From Glaciimonas sp. (GTDB taxonomy: Bacteria; Pseudomonadota; Gammaproteobacteria; Burkholderiales; Burkholderiaceae_D): 64,000 nt of DNA. The position numbers and the translations under genes are program-made. The notes below the pieces were generated by a model that did no database searches, was not told the origin of the DNA, and saw nothing but the letters and a program-made list of their open reading frames with translations. Shown here in pieces: positions 24,484 through 35,040 of this stretch; the first letter of the stretch is position 1; each line of letters begins with the position of its first letter. The stretch spans positions 7,408 to 71,407 of the forward strand of contig JABBOY010000026.1 of assembly GCA_012927585.1 (NCBI GenBank). Reading direction: 5' to 3'.

Positions 24484-25311
24484 CTATAACCATGCATTTA
24501 TCAGCACAGCTAGCGGTAAAACAGGGATCAAGGCATCAATCCGGTCCAGTACGCCGCCGTGGCCTGGCAGCAGATTACTACTGTCTTTCATTCCGGCACG
24601 TCTTTTAAGTTGCGACTCAAACAGGTCGCCAACCACGCTAGCGGCAACTAAAAACGTCATGCATGCCATAAAGATTATCAGCCCCCAACGGTCATGTGAT
24701 CTTACTAGGCTTGCTGCAAAAGTGTCATGCATTGCCGGGAAACGAACCGAAATGAATGCTGCCAGCATGACGGCAATCCAGCCCCCGATAGCCCCTTCCC
24801 AGGTTTTTCCCGGAGAAATCGATGGCGCCAATTTGTGCCGGCCAAACGCTTTACCAGAAAAATAAGCACCAATATCCGCAATCCAGACTATCGCCATAAC
24901 AGAAAGTAAAAAAAGCGGAGAGTGTCGAAATGCAGCAACAATCGCTACAAAGCAACCAAGGATGGCAACACTATAAAAACCGGCCAGGAGCCGACTACGA
25001 ACACCTTGCAAAGGAGGCAAGCCGTTTGCCAGCAACGGTATAAACACAAAAAGCCAGAGTGCGGCACAGAATGCGAATAATAGTACCGCTGCCATCGCAT
25101 TGCTGTTCATAAGAAAAAAACCAAACAGCACGGTCCAGAATACTGCAATAACTTTAGGATAAGCGTTACTGCATAGACGAAAATTTTCCCATGAAGCTGC
25201 GGCAAAAAAAATCGCGGCAATTACGGCTAAGGCAGGAAAATTATTCAAAAACAAAACTGGCAGGAGCACCGCTAGCAATACCAGTGCTGTGAGTACCCGC
25301 ACTTTAAGCAT
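24484..25311 (-). CDS. cdsA: Phosphatidate cytidylyltransferase
   Basis: [35 protein letters not shown]. Confidence 0.95.
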   Translation of the reverse strand: MLKVRVLTALVLLAVLLPVLFLNNFPALAVIAAIFFAAASWENFRLCSNAYPKVIAVFWTVLFGFFLMNSNAMAAVLLFAFCAALWLFVFIPLLANGLPPLQGVRSRLLAGFYSVAILGCFVAIVAAFRHSPLFLLSVMAIVWIADIGAYFSGKAFGRHKLAPSISPGKTWEGAIGGWIAVMLAAFISVRFPAMHDTFAASLVRSHDRWGLIIFMACMTFLVAASVVGDLFESQLKRRAGMKDSSNLLPGHGGVLDRIDALIPVLPLAVLINAWL

Positions 25312-26069
25312 CAGGAAGCCTTTTTATTTTCAAACAACTGCGCGCTTGTGCGTCCAAAGCGGCGCTCACGTTGTTGATAAGAAGCGATCGCATCATCTAG
25401 TTTTTTCGAGTCGAAATCAGGCCAGAAAGTCTCGGTAAAATACAGCTCTGTATACGCCAGTTGCCATAATAGAAAATTTGAAATGCGCTGCTCGCCGCCA
25501 GTGCGAATAAATAGATCAGGCTCTGGCGCATACGCCATTGCCAAATGTGGCGCCAACTGATCTTCGCTGAACGCGGTTGCATCGGGGTCAAGCGCTACCA
25601 TTTTATTGACGCCTTGCATCACATCCCATCGACCGCCGTAATTGGCGCATATTGTGATGGTCAGGCGCTTGTTTGCTGCCGTTCTTTTTTCAGCTTGAAA
25701 AATCATGTCCTGTAGCTTGGGTTCAAATCGACTAAGATCGCCCACCACCTTCAGCCGGATACCATTCGCATGCATGCGGGAAACTTCGCCGTCCAGTGCA
25801 GTAATAAATAAGCGCATCAAAAGCGATACCTCATCCGCCGGGCGCCGCCAATTCTCTGAACTAAATGCAAAAAGAGTCAAGTACCCAACACCACGCTCGA
25901 CACAGGCCTCTACAATATTACGGACAGTTTTGACGCCTTTGACATGTCCAGCCACGCGTGGCAAAAAGCGTTTGGTAGCCCAACGGCCGTTACCATCCAT
26001 AATGATGGCGATATGATTTGGCACCGCAGACACTACCGGCACTTCTTGAGTCGAGCTCGATTGTGTCAT
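25311..26069 (-). CDS. uppS: Undecaprenyl diphosphate synthase
   Basis: [36 protein letters not shown]. Confidence 0.96.
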   Translation of the reverse strand: MTQSSSTQEVPVVSAVPNHIAIIMDGNGRWATKRFLPRVAGHVKGVKTVRNIVEACVERGVGYLTLFAFSSENWRRPADEVSLLMRLFITALDGEVSRMHANGIRLKVVGDLSRFEPKLQDMIFQAEKRTAANKRLTITICANYGGRWDVMQGVNKMVALDPDATAFSEDQLAPHLAMAYAPEPDLFIRTGGEQRISNFLLWQLAYTELYFTETFWPDFDSKKLDDAIASYQQRERRFGRTSAQLFENKKAS

Positions 26070-26120
26070 GGTTTCAATGGAAAATAAGATACTCTTGTCG
26101 TGAGAAAAAACTGCTTTTAG

Positions 26121-26681
26121 CTATACAGTCAAGATTTCTTTTTCTTTTTCGGCCACCAATTTATCAACATCCGCGACAAATTTGTCCGTCAGCTTCTGTA
26201 TTTCATCCTGGGCGCGACGTTCGTCATCTTCAGAGCAGGCTTTATCTTTCAATAATTTCTTCAGTGCTTCATTAGCGTCGCGGCGTATGTTGCGGATGCC
26301 TATCTTTGCGTCTTCCGCTTCGTTTTTTGCCAGTTTGACCATTTCCTTGCGCCGCTCTTCCGTCAAGGCAGGCGTCGGCACGCGGATCATATCGCCCTGC
26401 GTTGATGGATTCAGCCCGAGATCGGATTCACGAATCGCTTTTTCAACTACCGCCACCATCTTTTTTTCCCAGGGTTGAACGCCTATGGTGCGAGCATCGA
26501 TCAAAGTCACATTCGCCACTTGCGTCAACATGGTAGGGTTGCCATAATAATCCACTTGGATATGATCCAGAATTCCTGGATGGGCGCGACCGGTCCGTAC
26601 TTTAGCCAGATCAGTCTTTAACGCATCAATCGATTTCTGCATTTTTTGATCGGTATTCTTCTTAATGTCAGGTATGGTCAT
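26121..26681 (-). CDS. frr: Ribosome recycling factor
   Basis: [25 protein letters not shown]; start trimmed to MTIPD. Confidence 0.96.
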   Translation of the reverse strand: MTIPDIKKNTDQKMQKSIDALKTDLAKVRTGRAHPGILDHIQVDYYGNPTMLTQVANVTLIDARTIGVQPWEKKMVAVVEKAIRESDLGLNPSTQGDMIRVPTPALTEERRKEMVKLAKNEAEDAKIGIRNIRRDANEALKKLLKDKACSEDDERRAQDEIQKLTDKFVADVDKLVAEKEKEILTV

Positions 26682-26811
26682 CTGCGACTCTTTTTTCCAA
26701 AGGTTAAATCTTATTCTACTTCCAAGGCAATCGCGAATACGAATCCAGGACGCATACGGTACGTAATACTGCAAACGCAGCTTAAAATACACCGGTTGAA
26801 TAAAAATGAGA

Positions 26812-27528
26812 TTAAACGTGAACTAATGTGCCCTCGTCTTCACCCATAATTGCGCGCATCAATGCACCGGGCTTGATTATCGAAAATACCTTTATTGGCA
26901 ATTTCTGATCACGACACAAAGCAAATGCAGTTGCGTCCATTACCTGAAGACGCTTTGCAATTGCCTCATCAAAAGTAATTGTGGAATATCGTACTGCGTT
27001 CGGGTCTATTTTAGGATCGGCAGTATAAACACCGTCAACCTTGGTAGCCTTCAGCACAATTTCCGCACTAATTTCCGCCCCTCGCAATGCAGCGGCAGTA
27101 TCGGTAGTAAAAAATGGATTACCAGTACCCGCAGCAAATACCACAATTTTCCCCTCCTCCAGATATTGAAGAGCCTTGGGGCGAACATACGGTTCGACAA
27201 TCTGTTCAATACTGATGGCAGACATGACGCGGGCGATGATTCCAGCTTGACGCATGGCGTCAGCGAGAGCAAGAGCATTCATGACTGTCGCCAGCATGCC
27301 CATGTAATCGGCGGTGGCACGATCCATACCCTGCGCACCCGGCGCCACGCCACGGAAAATATTACCACCACCGATAACAATCGCTAATTCGACCCCCATG
27401 CTAGCTACTTCAGCGACATCCGCGACCATACGCTCAATCGTGGCGCGATTAATACCGTAAGCATCATCGCCCATCAGGGCTTCTCCGGATAGCTTGAGGA
27501 GGACACGCTTGTAGGCAGGTTTTGTCAT
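26812..27528 (-). CDS. pyrH: Uridylate kinase
   Basis: [27 protein letters not shown]. Confidence 0.97.
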   Translation of the reverse strand: MTKPAYKRVLLKLSGEALMGDDAYGINRATIERMVADVAEVASMGVELAIVIGGGNIFRGVAPGAQGMDRATADYMGMLATVMNALALADAMRQAGIIARVMSAISIEQIVEPYVRPKALQYLEEGKIVVFAAGTGNPFFTTDTAAALRGAEISAEIVLKATKVDGVYTADPKIDPNAVRYSTITFDEAIAKRLQVMDATAFALCRDQKLPIKVFSIIKPGALMRAIMGEDEGTLVHV

Positions 27529-27661
27529 GAGCTGATTTCCTTTTGGTTGTCCGGATGATTATCTATCGTGCTACTGAACTCCATTTTGAGAATTCCAATA
27601 ACTGAACCATTGCGTGAAGTTCATAGCATGTACCACTACTGACTGTTGCCAGTCAGCTTAC

Positions 27662-27687
27662 ATAAACGGGCCTTTCGGCCCGTTTAT
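27662..27687 (-). terminator. Hairpin after tsf
   Basis: ATAAACGGGCC-TTTC-GGCCCGTTTAT perfect 11-bp stem. Confidence 0.65.
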
Positions 27688-27693
27688 TTCCGC

Positions 27694-28575
27694 TTACGCC
27701 TGCTTTGCTGCGGCGACTTGGGCCGCAACTTCTGCCGCAAAATCATCTTGTTTTTTCTCAATGCCTTCACCGACCACGTACATTGCGAATGATTTCACGT
27801 TTGCATTTGCTGTTTTTAGCATTTGCTCAACGGTTTGCTTGTCGTTCTTTACAAAAGGCTGATTGAACAACGACACTTCTTTCAGATATTTTTGCACCGA
27901 ACCCGCGATCATTTTTTCGGCAATTTCAGCCGACTTTCCGGATTCAATTGCTTTTTGTGTTGCAATCGAACGCTCTTTTTCGATCAGGTCTGCCGGTACC
28001 TGATCCGAAGACAAAGAAACGGGCTTCATTGCCGCGATATGCATGGCAACGTCCTTGCCTACTTGCTCATCATCGCCCTCAAATTCGACCATAACGCCGA
28101 TACGCGTGCCATGCAGGTACGATGTCAGCTGGACTGGCGTTTCAAAACGCACGAAACGACGAATCGACATGTTTTCACCGACACGGCCAATCAGTGCTGA
28201 ACGGAATTCTTCGACTGTTTGCTCACCCATCGATAGCATCGATAAGGCAGCAACATCGACAGGATTGTGTTCTGCAACCAGTTTCGCGCAAGCGTTTGTA
28301 AAAGCCATGAAATCATCATTTTTAGTAACGAAGTCGGTTTCGCAATTAACTTCAATCATGGCTCCCACGCACCCGGCAATGTGCGTGGTCACTACACCTT
28401 CAGCTGTAATGCGCGAAGCAGCCTTGGATGCTTTGCTACCCAGCTTGACGCGCAGAATGTCTTCCGCTTTCAGCATATCGCCGCCAGCTTCAGTTAATGC
28501 TTTCTTGCACTCCATCATTGGGGCATCGGTTTTTGCACGTAATTCGCCAACCATTGCTGCGGTAATTGCTACCAT
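27694..28575 (-). CDS. tsf: Elongation factor Ts
   Basis: [25 protein letters not shown]; start at MVAIT with GGAG RBS. Confidence 0.97.
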   Translation of the reverse strand: MVAITAAMVGELRAKTDAPMMECKKALTEAGGDMLKAEDILRVKLGSKASKAASRITAEGVVTTHIAGCVGAMIEVNCETDFVTKNDDFMAFTNACAKLVAEHNPVDVAALSMLSMGEQTVEEFRSALIGRVGENMSIRRFVRFETPVQLTSYLHGTRIGVMVEFEGDDEQVGKDVAMHIAAMKPVSLSSDQVPADLIEKERSIATQKAIESGKSAEIAEKMIAGSVQKYLKEVSLFNQPFVKNDKQTVEQMLKTANANVKSFAMYVVGEGIEKKQDDFAAEVAAQVAAAKQA

Positions 28576-28644
28576 ATAGTTCTCCTGACTCAATTCACGC
28601 CCTATGGGACGTCGATGTTCGTAATATGTTCAAAAAAATCAATC

Positions 28645-28677
28645 AAAAAAAAGGGGCGAACCTTGTTGCCCCCTTTT
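28645..28677 (-). terminator. Terminator/attenuator between rpsB and tsf
   Basis: Minus strand AAAAGGGGGCAACAAGGTTCGCCCCTTTTTTTT. Confidence 0.7.
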
Positions 28678-28705
28678 CTAACAACCGGAAAATCAGAAGA
28701 AGGGC

Positions 28706-29458
28706 TTATGCCTGCTCACTGACCTCAACGAATTCTTCGCCGTTGCCGGCCTTGATTGCCGCAACCACATTGTTGTCTGCATTGGCACGACCTTCCAGGA
28801 TTGCATCCGCCACGCCGCGGGCATACAGCATGATCGCCTTGGAAGAGTCGTCATTACCAGGAATGACATAGGCTACGCCTTCAGGCGAGTGGTTGGTATC
28901 AACCACAGCGATTACAGGAATGCCCAATTTCGCAGCTTCCGTGATTGCACCCTTGTGATAACCGACGTCAACGATAAAAATCGCATCTGGGATGCCGCCC
29001 ATATCCTTGATGCCGCCAATCGATTTTTGCAGCTTGATCATTTCGCGTTCAAACATCAGCGCTTCTTTTTTGCTCAATTTTTCGACCGAACCGTCGGCAA
29101 TCATGACTTCCATGTCTTTCAGACGTTTGATAGATGTCTTGATTGTTTTGAAGTTTGTCAGCATGCCGCCCAACCAGCGTTGGTCTACATACGGAACACC
29201 GGCGCGCTGCGCTTCAGCGGCGATAATGTCGCGTGCCTGGCGCTTGGTGCCCACCATCAGGATGGTGCCGCGGTTTGCCGACAATTGGCTGATATGCTTC
29301 ATTGCCTCTTGATACATACCAAGAGTTTTTTCCAGATTGATAATGTGGATTTTGTTGCGGTGACCGAAGATGAACGGCGCCATCTTTGGATTCCAAAAAC
29401 GGGTTTGATGGCCAAAATGGACGCCGGCTTCCAACATTTCACGCATAGTAACGGACAT
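28706..29458 (-). CDS. rpsB: 30S ribosomal protein S2
   Basis: [33 protein letters not shown]; start trimmed to MSVTM. Confidence 0.98.
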   Translation of the reverse strand: MSVTMREMLEAGVHFGHQTRFWNPKMAPFIFGHRNKIHIINLEKTLGMYQEAMKHISQLSANRGTILMVGTKRQARDIIAAEAQRAGVPYVDQRWLGGMLTNFKTIKTSIKRLKDMEVMIADGSVEKLSKKEALMFEREMIKLQKSIGGIKDMGGIPDAIFIVDVGYHKGAITEAAKLGIPVIAVVDTNHSPEGVAYVIPGNDDSSKAIMLYARGVADAILEGRANADNNVVAAIKAGNGEEFVEVSEQA

Positions 29459-29465
29459 AAATATC

Positions 29466-29525
29466 TCCAGGGTTAGGTCTGGAATCCGGTCAGCCACCTC
29501 ATTCTGAGGCACCCTTTATCGAGCG
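29466..29525 (-). promoter_or_regulatory. Probable rpsB leader (S2 autoregulatory RNA)
   Basis: Minus strand AAAGGGTGCC...ACCGG...TAACCC-TGGAG just upstream of the RBS, resembling the GGGU...UAACCC elements of rpsB leaders. Confidence 0.55.
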
Positions 29526-29726
29526 GATTCGCGATTTTTCAAAAACTAGCTATTTGTAAAATAAGCTAGCCGGGTATTTTACCCTGATTTCCACTTATCT
29601 TTCAAGCGCCAGCCTTGTCCAATTGCACCAATGCCAAAAGAAGTCGATTGATTGTTTATGGCCTTACCGCAGTCTTCAGCAGTTATCCTATAGCGTTGGC
29701 AACCAAGGCGCTGCGCGCTCCATCCC

Positions 29727-30332
29727 ATGCCCCGTGAAAAAATCCTCATCCTGTGCGGCTTGCTGCTAATCGTCATCATGGCAATTTCGTTTAGTAATGC
29801 GTATGACCGTGCCACCTGGCTACTGGAAGTGGCGCCGGTGCTGATCGCATTGCCGATACTGGCAGCGACTTACCGCCGGTTTCCGTTGACGGGCCTGTTA
29901 TACGGTCTGATTTTCGTGCATGCACTGGTATTGATCGTGGGCGGCACTTATACCTACGCACGGGTGCCGTTCGGTTTCTGGATGCAAGACGTGCTGGCGC
30001 TGGAGCGCAACCCGTACGACAAGATCGGGCATTTCATGCAGGGTCTGGTGCCGGTGCTGGTGACGCGCGAGATCCTGCTGCACGGCTCTTATGTGTCCGG
30101 GCCCAGGATGACGGATTTTCTGTCGGCCTGCGTGGCACTGGCGATCAGCGCCTTTTATGAGCTGATCGAGTGGTGGGTGGCGCTGGCGATAGGGCAGGAT
30201 GCCGACGCTTTCCTCGGCACTCAGGGCGATCCGTGGGATACCCAGTCGGACATGTTTTTAGCGATGATCGGGGCGCTGGCAGGTCTGGCGCTGCTGTCGA
30301 GATTGCAGGATCGGCAAATGCGCTTGCTTTAA
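29727..30332 (+). CDS. DUF2238 (YjdF-like) inner membrane protein
   Basis: TWLLEVAP, YTYARVPFG, RNPYDKIGHFMQG, YELIEW, GTQGDPWDTQSDM. Confidence 0.88.
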   Translation: MPREKILILCGLLLIVIMAISFSNAYDRATWLLEVAPVLIALPILAATYRRFPLTGLLYGLIFVHALVLIVGGTYTYARVPFGFWMQDVLALERNPYDKIGHFMQGLVPVLVTREILLHGSYVSGPRMTDFLSACVALAISAFYELIEWWVALAIGQDADAFLGTQGDPWDTQSDMFLAMIGALAGLALLSRLQDRQMRLL

Positions 30333-30483
30333 ATCGGACTTGATGCGGCAGTGCCTGAATACTGTTCAAACGCCGCCAGCGCATCGGCCACATCAGCGGT
30401 GGACCGCCGCCCATATAGACCGCCATGCCCAGGGTTTCTTCGACTTCGGTGCGGGTTGCGCCGAGCTTTACCAGTGCCTGCCC
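30329..30483 (-). pseudogene. 3' remnant of a carboxymuconolactone decarboxylase (CMD/AhpD-like) gene
   Basis: Manual translation GQALVKLGATRTEVEETLGMAVYMGGGPPLM, then frameshift to ADALAAFEQYSGTAASSPI*; no 5' half. Confidence 0.75.
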
Positions 30484-30491
30484 GGCAAACT

Positions 30492-33293
30492 TTAACAGTG
30501 CAGATCAATCACATCCCGCACTCCGGCAGCATCTCCCACCACCACATCCCAGGCCCAGGTGCCAAAGCCACCATGCGCATTGACCGCTTCGACCCATTGA
30601 TCCAATGCTGCGCGCTTGGCTTGGTCTTGCGGTGAATCCACGCCTTTGATCTCCAGCACCAGCGTTTTTCCTGATGCATAGCGCATCAAAAAATCGGGGA
30701 TATATTTACGCTTGGAGCCATTCCACAGGTACAAGATGCTAAAGCCCAGGTGATCGTTCTTGGCCCACGCTGCCACTTTCGGGTGGGTCTCCGCAATATT
30801 CGCCGCGTATTTCTCCCAGCCACTGTCCACCACAATATGACTAATCTGCGAGTGCTGCGTTGGCTCGGCAATCCGGGTGGTGTACCAAATTCGCATGTCG
30901 CGGGTAGAGCCAATCGGTCGGTCGCCATCAAACACCGGCTCCAGCCGCTCCGTATTCTGCTCCATCACGTATTGCATCAGATGCTGGGTAATCAAGTCGA
31001 TGTGCAGCGAGAACAGAATGCGTTTGCGCAGCGGGTCCTGATGAAACAGCGAGGGGATGTCGATCTTGTTCGATGTCAGAAATTGTTCCACCAGCCGCAC
31101 CAGTTGGAACAGCAGATATTCCCGCTGGCCCTTGAACTGCTCCTGCAGCAAATCAAACGCACGCTGTGCTGCCTTGAATACCAGCCGCTGCAGGCGGAAC
31201 TCTTCAGGCAGTTTTTCCAGGTCGATGGTCCGAACCTGGCTCCAATCGGCCGCCCCGCCCAGCGCGGGCGCAATTTCAGCGCGGATGGCCATGCTTGCCG
31301 GGTTGATCACCAAAGGCGCCACCTTGCTCCAATCCACCACCAGTTGCGGGCGCACCACTTGATCCACGCGCAACACATTGGGCCATTTGATTTCATACAC
31401 GTTGCGCGCGCTCAGCGACTCCACCTGCGTGCTGGGCTTGGGTGGCGGCGGGCTCATGCCGCTCTCGCCTGGCCGCAGAGCAATGGACAGCGGCACGCCA
31501 AACACGTTGACAAATTCCGGCACATACAAGCCCTGTTCATCCATGTCATAGGAAACGCGGCGCAGTCCCCGACCAATCACCTGCTCACACAAAAGCTGAC
31601 TGGTGAAAGCGCGCAGCCCCATGATGTGCGTCACATTCTTGGCATCCCAGCCTTCCGACAGCATGGCAACCGACACCACGTTTTGCAGGTCTTGTCCGGC
31701 CTGGTCGCGCTTGCCGACGGTGTCGACCAACTCGCGCAGCAACTGTTCTTTCTTCATGCCGCGCAGAGTTTCTTTGCGCGTCTCCGGGATGCGGGCGGCC
31801 TCCACAATCTGGCGCAGCCGCAGTTCGTAATCCTTGTCGGCAGTGGCGGTTTCGCCAAGCTCGGCCTTCTCCAGCACCTTGGAATCGACCCGAAAAGTTC
31901 TGGCGGGATAGTGCAATTCCGGCCAGTGGGCATAGCCCTTGGTGAAGAAATGCTCTACGCGGGCCGCAGTCTCAGTGCGGTTGCACACCGTCAGCATCAC
32001 AGGCGGTGATTGGTGACCTGCCTCTTTCCAGCTTTTTGCCGTTGCAAGCCAATCCGCGCCCAGCAGGGTGTAAGCCTGCTGCACCAGTGCTGGCAAAGCC
32101 TCATGGGCTTCGGCCTTGCGGTTCAAATCTTCGGCCACCTCCGGCTCGCGATACAAGTGATACAGCTTGGGGCGCAACGTCTGCGCATTCGGCATGGCAT
32201 CGTCGCGCACCACCACACGCGGGGTTTTGACCAACCCCGACTCAATAGCATCATTCAGACCGAAATCGGACACCACCCAAGTGAACAGTCCGGCCTCCGT
32301 ATTGGTGCGCCCGGTCGGAGCGAACGGCGTGGCCGACAAATCAAAACAGCGGGCAATCCGACGTGTCTTGTGGATGCGGTCCAGCCCCTCCACCCAACGG
32401 GTCGCTTCATCCAGGTCTATCCCCAGCGCCTCGGCTTCCGCCTTGCTGATCTTCACATCGGCCGGTGTGCGATAGGCATGGTGCGCCTCATCGTTTATGA
32501 CCAAAATATCTTTGTGGATTGCCAGCTTGCCCAACACCCTCCTGGTGAAAGCTTCATCGCTTTCAAAACCTTTTTTCACCACAGAACGGTCTTGCGCCTT
32601 GAGCGGCATCAATGTGTGCCAGTTCTCGATCAGGATATCGGCCCGGTTCAGGTTTTGCCGCATGGCCTCGGATGGGCACAGCACAAAGCTGTCGTAGTAA
32701 TTGGCTTCATGGCCGGGCATCAGAACTTGCAGCCGGTCTTTGACGGTCAGGCCCGGCGCCACCAGAAACACCGCACTGGAATACTTGCGCGGCGATTTTG
32801 GGTAGGTCAGCGCATTCAGCACTTGCCAGGTGATGATCATGGCCATCACGGTCGTTTTGCCGCTGCCGGTGGCCATCTTGTTGCACAGCCGCTCAAACGC
32901 ACCGCCGTCGCCCTGCACGCTGATGCCCTGACGGTATTCCGCCTGCGCTTCTGTGTACCAAATCAAGGTTTCAATCGCTTCGAGCTGGCAGAAGTAAAAC
33001 GGATACTGCCGCCCGGACACGCGCTCAAGATCCCACCAGTGATCCAGCAACTCATTGGTGACCGCCGTCACGCCGGGCCAGCCGTCCGCGCGCCACGCGG
33101 CCACCCGTTGGCGAATGTCGTCCACCAGCGGAATCGACACCTTGCGCCGGGTATTCTCGCGCGTGTCTATAATTTCGTAGCCGGCCGGGCGACGCGTGCC
33201 CACCAGACGCAGCGTGCGGTCGGTGTTCTCGGCCCAGTGGCGCTGCGGCTCGATGAAAGGCGAGTTGATGATCAGAGAAGTAGGAGCGGTCAT
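30492..33293 (-). CDS. res: Type III-like restriction helicase-nuclease (Res; BPTD_3080-like)
   Basis: SF2 motifs KMATGSGKT, DEAH, LSATP, SEGWD, EQVIGRGLRR; C-terminal YIPDF...LEIKG PD-(D/E)xK. Confidence 0.88.
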   Translation of the reverse strand: MTAPTSLIINSPFIEPQRHWAENTDRTLRLVGTRRPAGYEIIDTRENTRRKVSIPLVDDIRQRVAAWRADGWPGVTAVTNELLDHWWDLERVSGRQYPFYFCQLEAIETLIWYTEAQAEYRQGISVQGDGGAFERLCNKMATGSGKTTVMAMIITWQVLNALTYPKSPRKYSSAVFLVAPGLTVKDRLQVLMPGHEANYYDSFVLCPSEAMRQNLNRADILIENWHTLMPLKAQDRSVVKKGFESDEAFTRRVLGKLAIHKDILVINDEAHHAYRTPADVKISKAEAEALGIDLDEATRWVEGLDRIHKTRRIARCFDLSATPFAPTGRTNTEAGLFTWVVSDFGLNDAIESGLVKTPRVVVRDDAMPNAQTLRPKLYHLYREPEVAEDLNRKAEAHEALPALVQQAYTLLGADWLATAKSWKEAGHQSPPVMLTVCNRTETAARVEHFFTKGYAHWPELHYPARTFRVDSKVLEKAELGETATADKDYELRLRQIVEAARIPETRKETLRGMKKEQLLRELVDTVGKRDQAGQDLQNVVSVAMLSEGWDAKNVTHIMGLRAFTSQLLCEQVIGRGLRRVSYDMDEQGLYVPEFVNVFGVPLSIALRPGESGMSPPPPKPSTQVESLSARNVYEIKWPNVLRVDQVVRPQLVVDWSKVAPLVINPASMAIRAEIAPALGGAADWSQVRTIDLEKLPEEFRLQRLVFKAAQRAFDLLQEQFKGQREYLLFQLVRLVEQFLTSNKIDIPSLFHQDPLRKRILFSLHIDLITQHLMQYVMEQNTERLEPVFDGDRPIGSTRDMRIWYTTRIAEPTQHSQISHIVVDSGWEKYAANIAETHPKVAAWAKNDHLGFSILYLWNGSKRKYIPDFLMRYASGKTLVLEIKGVDSPQDQAKRAALDQWVEAVNAHGGFGTWAWDVVVGDAAGVRDVIDLHC

Positions 33294-33847
33294 GCGTGCG
33301 TCAATTCCTGGATACTGCGCATCAAGACCCGAAAACTGTTTGACTTGTTTTGGGTCAGGTCGAGATGGGGCGCAATTTTGCGGGCGCCCTCACGCTTTTG
33401 ATAGGTTGGAATCAGTCGTCTGATTTCCGCCGAAGGACTGCCCAACAGGTCAGGCACACGGTATTTGGCGCGGTTAGCGTTCGCAGCAAGTGCGGGGCGC
33501 TCGAAACCGGCTGCGACGGCAGGCCAATCCCCAACGAAGAAACTTTCGAGTTCCTTGCACACGACTCTCACGACGGCGTCAGGCTGTCCAGCCTGGACAC
33601 ACAAGTCGCGCAAACGTGCCTTGATCACCACGCAGTCCCCGCTATCTTGATCCCGCATTACAATAAAATAGCTATTCGGACGCAGCCAGCGTTTCATGCG
33701 CAGGACCAATCGCTTTTCCAAATCCTGCTTGCCCTCGAAAACCAAAAAATGCGGTGTGATATGCGCAGGCAGCACCCGGGGCAAGACTGCCTGCAGAAAA
33801 TCCTGGGCAGAAGGCTCTTCCAAAAAAAATACCAGATGCTCGATCAC
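33290..33847 (-). CDS. DUF4276-family TOPRIM-like protein
   Basis: GTG start overlapping ATPase stop (GTGA); LVFFLEEPSA, VMRDQDSGDC (DxD), ELESFFVGD. Confidence 0.78.
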   Translation of the reverse strand: MIEHLVFFLEEPSAQDFLQAVLPRVLPAHITPHFLVFEGKQDLEKRLVLRMKRWLRPNSYFIVMRDQDSGDCVVIKARLRDLCVQAGQPDAVVRVVCKELESFFVGDWPAVAAGFERPALAANANRAKYRVPDLLGSPSAEIRRLIPTYQKREGARKIAPHLDLTQNKSNSFRVLMRSIQELTHA

Positions 33848-35037
33848 GGATTGGCTCCCGCAAACAAGCCCTGTTTCCACAAATAGCCCATTTGGTCGCC
33901 CTCAGCCATATAGACCTTGAGCTGTTCGTCATCCCGTGCGCGATGTGCGGTGGTGTAACCGTCTTCCTTGACCAGCCAGAACACCTCATCGAGCCCCACT
34001 GCGTTCAAAAAGTCGGGTGAATGTGTGGTGACAAAAACCTGTCCGCCACGCTGCGCATAAGAGCGGAACTCCTCGGCCAAATCCCATAGCAAAGACGGAT
34101 AAAGCTGATTTTCAGGCTCCTCGACGCACAGCAGTGGGTGCGGCGCAGGATCAAACAGCAACACCAAATAGGCCAGCATCTTGATAGTACCGTCGGAAAC
34201 ATAGCGCGCCAAAAAAGGGTCCTCAAACGCGCCATCCTGAAATTTCAAAAGTACACGGCCTTCTTCAGTCGTTTTCGCCTCTACCTTGGTGACTCCCGGC
34301 ACGCGAGACTGTAGCCGACTAAGAATGTCCGTGAATATTTTATGATGATGATTGAACAGGTATTCCACCACCAGCGAGAGGTTTTCACCCTCGCGCGACA
34401 AGTGTTCTGCATAGCCCGCTTCCACCTCCGGGCGAGCCCGGCTAATGTGAAAGTCCGACAAATGCCAGTTTTCGATCAAATTTCCCAGCGCCACCACAGC
34501 GGGGAAACGCTCAAACTGCGCCAAACCCTTGATGGCAAGAATATCCGGGCTTTTGAGAGTTTGCTGTTCGCGCTTGAGATCCTTTTCGTCCTTAACAGAG
34601 TCAAGCTCATTGGTAACTGCTTCGCCTACGCCATTGGAAAAGTCAAGAAAATGCCAAGGTTGGCCCCGGCTACCGCGCCGGTATTTCAGAATTTCCCGGG
34701 CGACAACCGGGCGCCCCTTTAACTCGTCAATATGCAGCTCGTAGGTGATGAGTTGGCTGCGGCCACTCGACAACACCGTGCGCAGCTTGATTTCGATCTC
34801 AATCGGCCCGCTTGTGCCCCGGCTGCGTACCTCGTTCAAGCCGCGACTGCCACCCAGGCGCCCCAGTGCTGCGGTCAAGTTGGTCGTCATCGCGTCGCGC
34901 AAAAACGCAAACACCGAAAACAGTGTGCTCTTGCCGGTTCCGTTGGCCCCCACCAGCACGCAAAAGCGGGGAATATCGCGTAATGTCACATCCTTGAAGC
35001 TGCGAAAATTCTTCAGGCGTATGGCTTCGATTTGCAT
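33844..35037 (-). CDS. ABC-type (AAA_21-like) ATPase
   Basis: GANGTGKS Walker A, VSDGT signature, LCVEEPEN Walker B, VTTHSP H-loop; no TM segments. Confidence 0.88.
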   Translation of the reverse strand: MQIEAIRLKNFRSFKDVTLRDIPRFCVLVGANGTGKSTLFSVFAFLRDAMTTNLTAALGRLGGSRGLNEVRSRGTSGPIEIEIKLRTVLSSGRSQLITYELHIDELKGRPVVAREILKYRRGSRGQPWHFLDFSNGVGEAVTNELDSVKDEKDLKREQQTLKSPDILAIKGLAQFERFPAVVALGNLIENWHLSDFHISRARPEVEAGYAEHLSREGENLSLVVEYLFNHHHKIFTDILSRLQSRVPGVTKVEAKTTEEGRVLLKFQDGAFEDPFLARYVSDGTIKMLAYLVLLFDPAPHPLLCVEEPENQLYPSLLWDLAEEFRSYAQRGGQVFVTTHSPDFLNAVGLDEVFWLVKEDGYTTAHRARDDEQLKVYMAEGDQMGYLWKQGLFAGANP

Positions 35038-35040
35038 GGT

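Noticed and set aside
26756-26800. Possible eighth copy of the AT-rich element between pyrH and frr (AAAATACACC)
   Set aside because: Only one anchor; no CCGCAT/ATGCGG at the required distance.
30750-33401. Long plus-strand ORFs (419 and 463 aa) opposite res, and similar antisense ORFs over mod, amn and ppnN
   Set aside because: Shadows of GC-biased codon usage; no motifs or RBS, fully overlapping well-supported genes.
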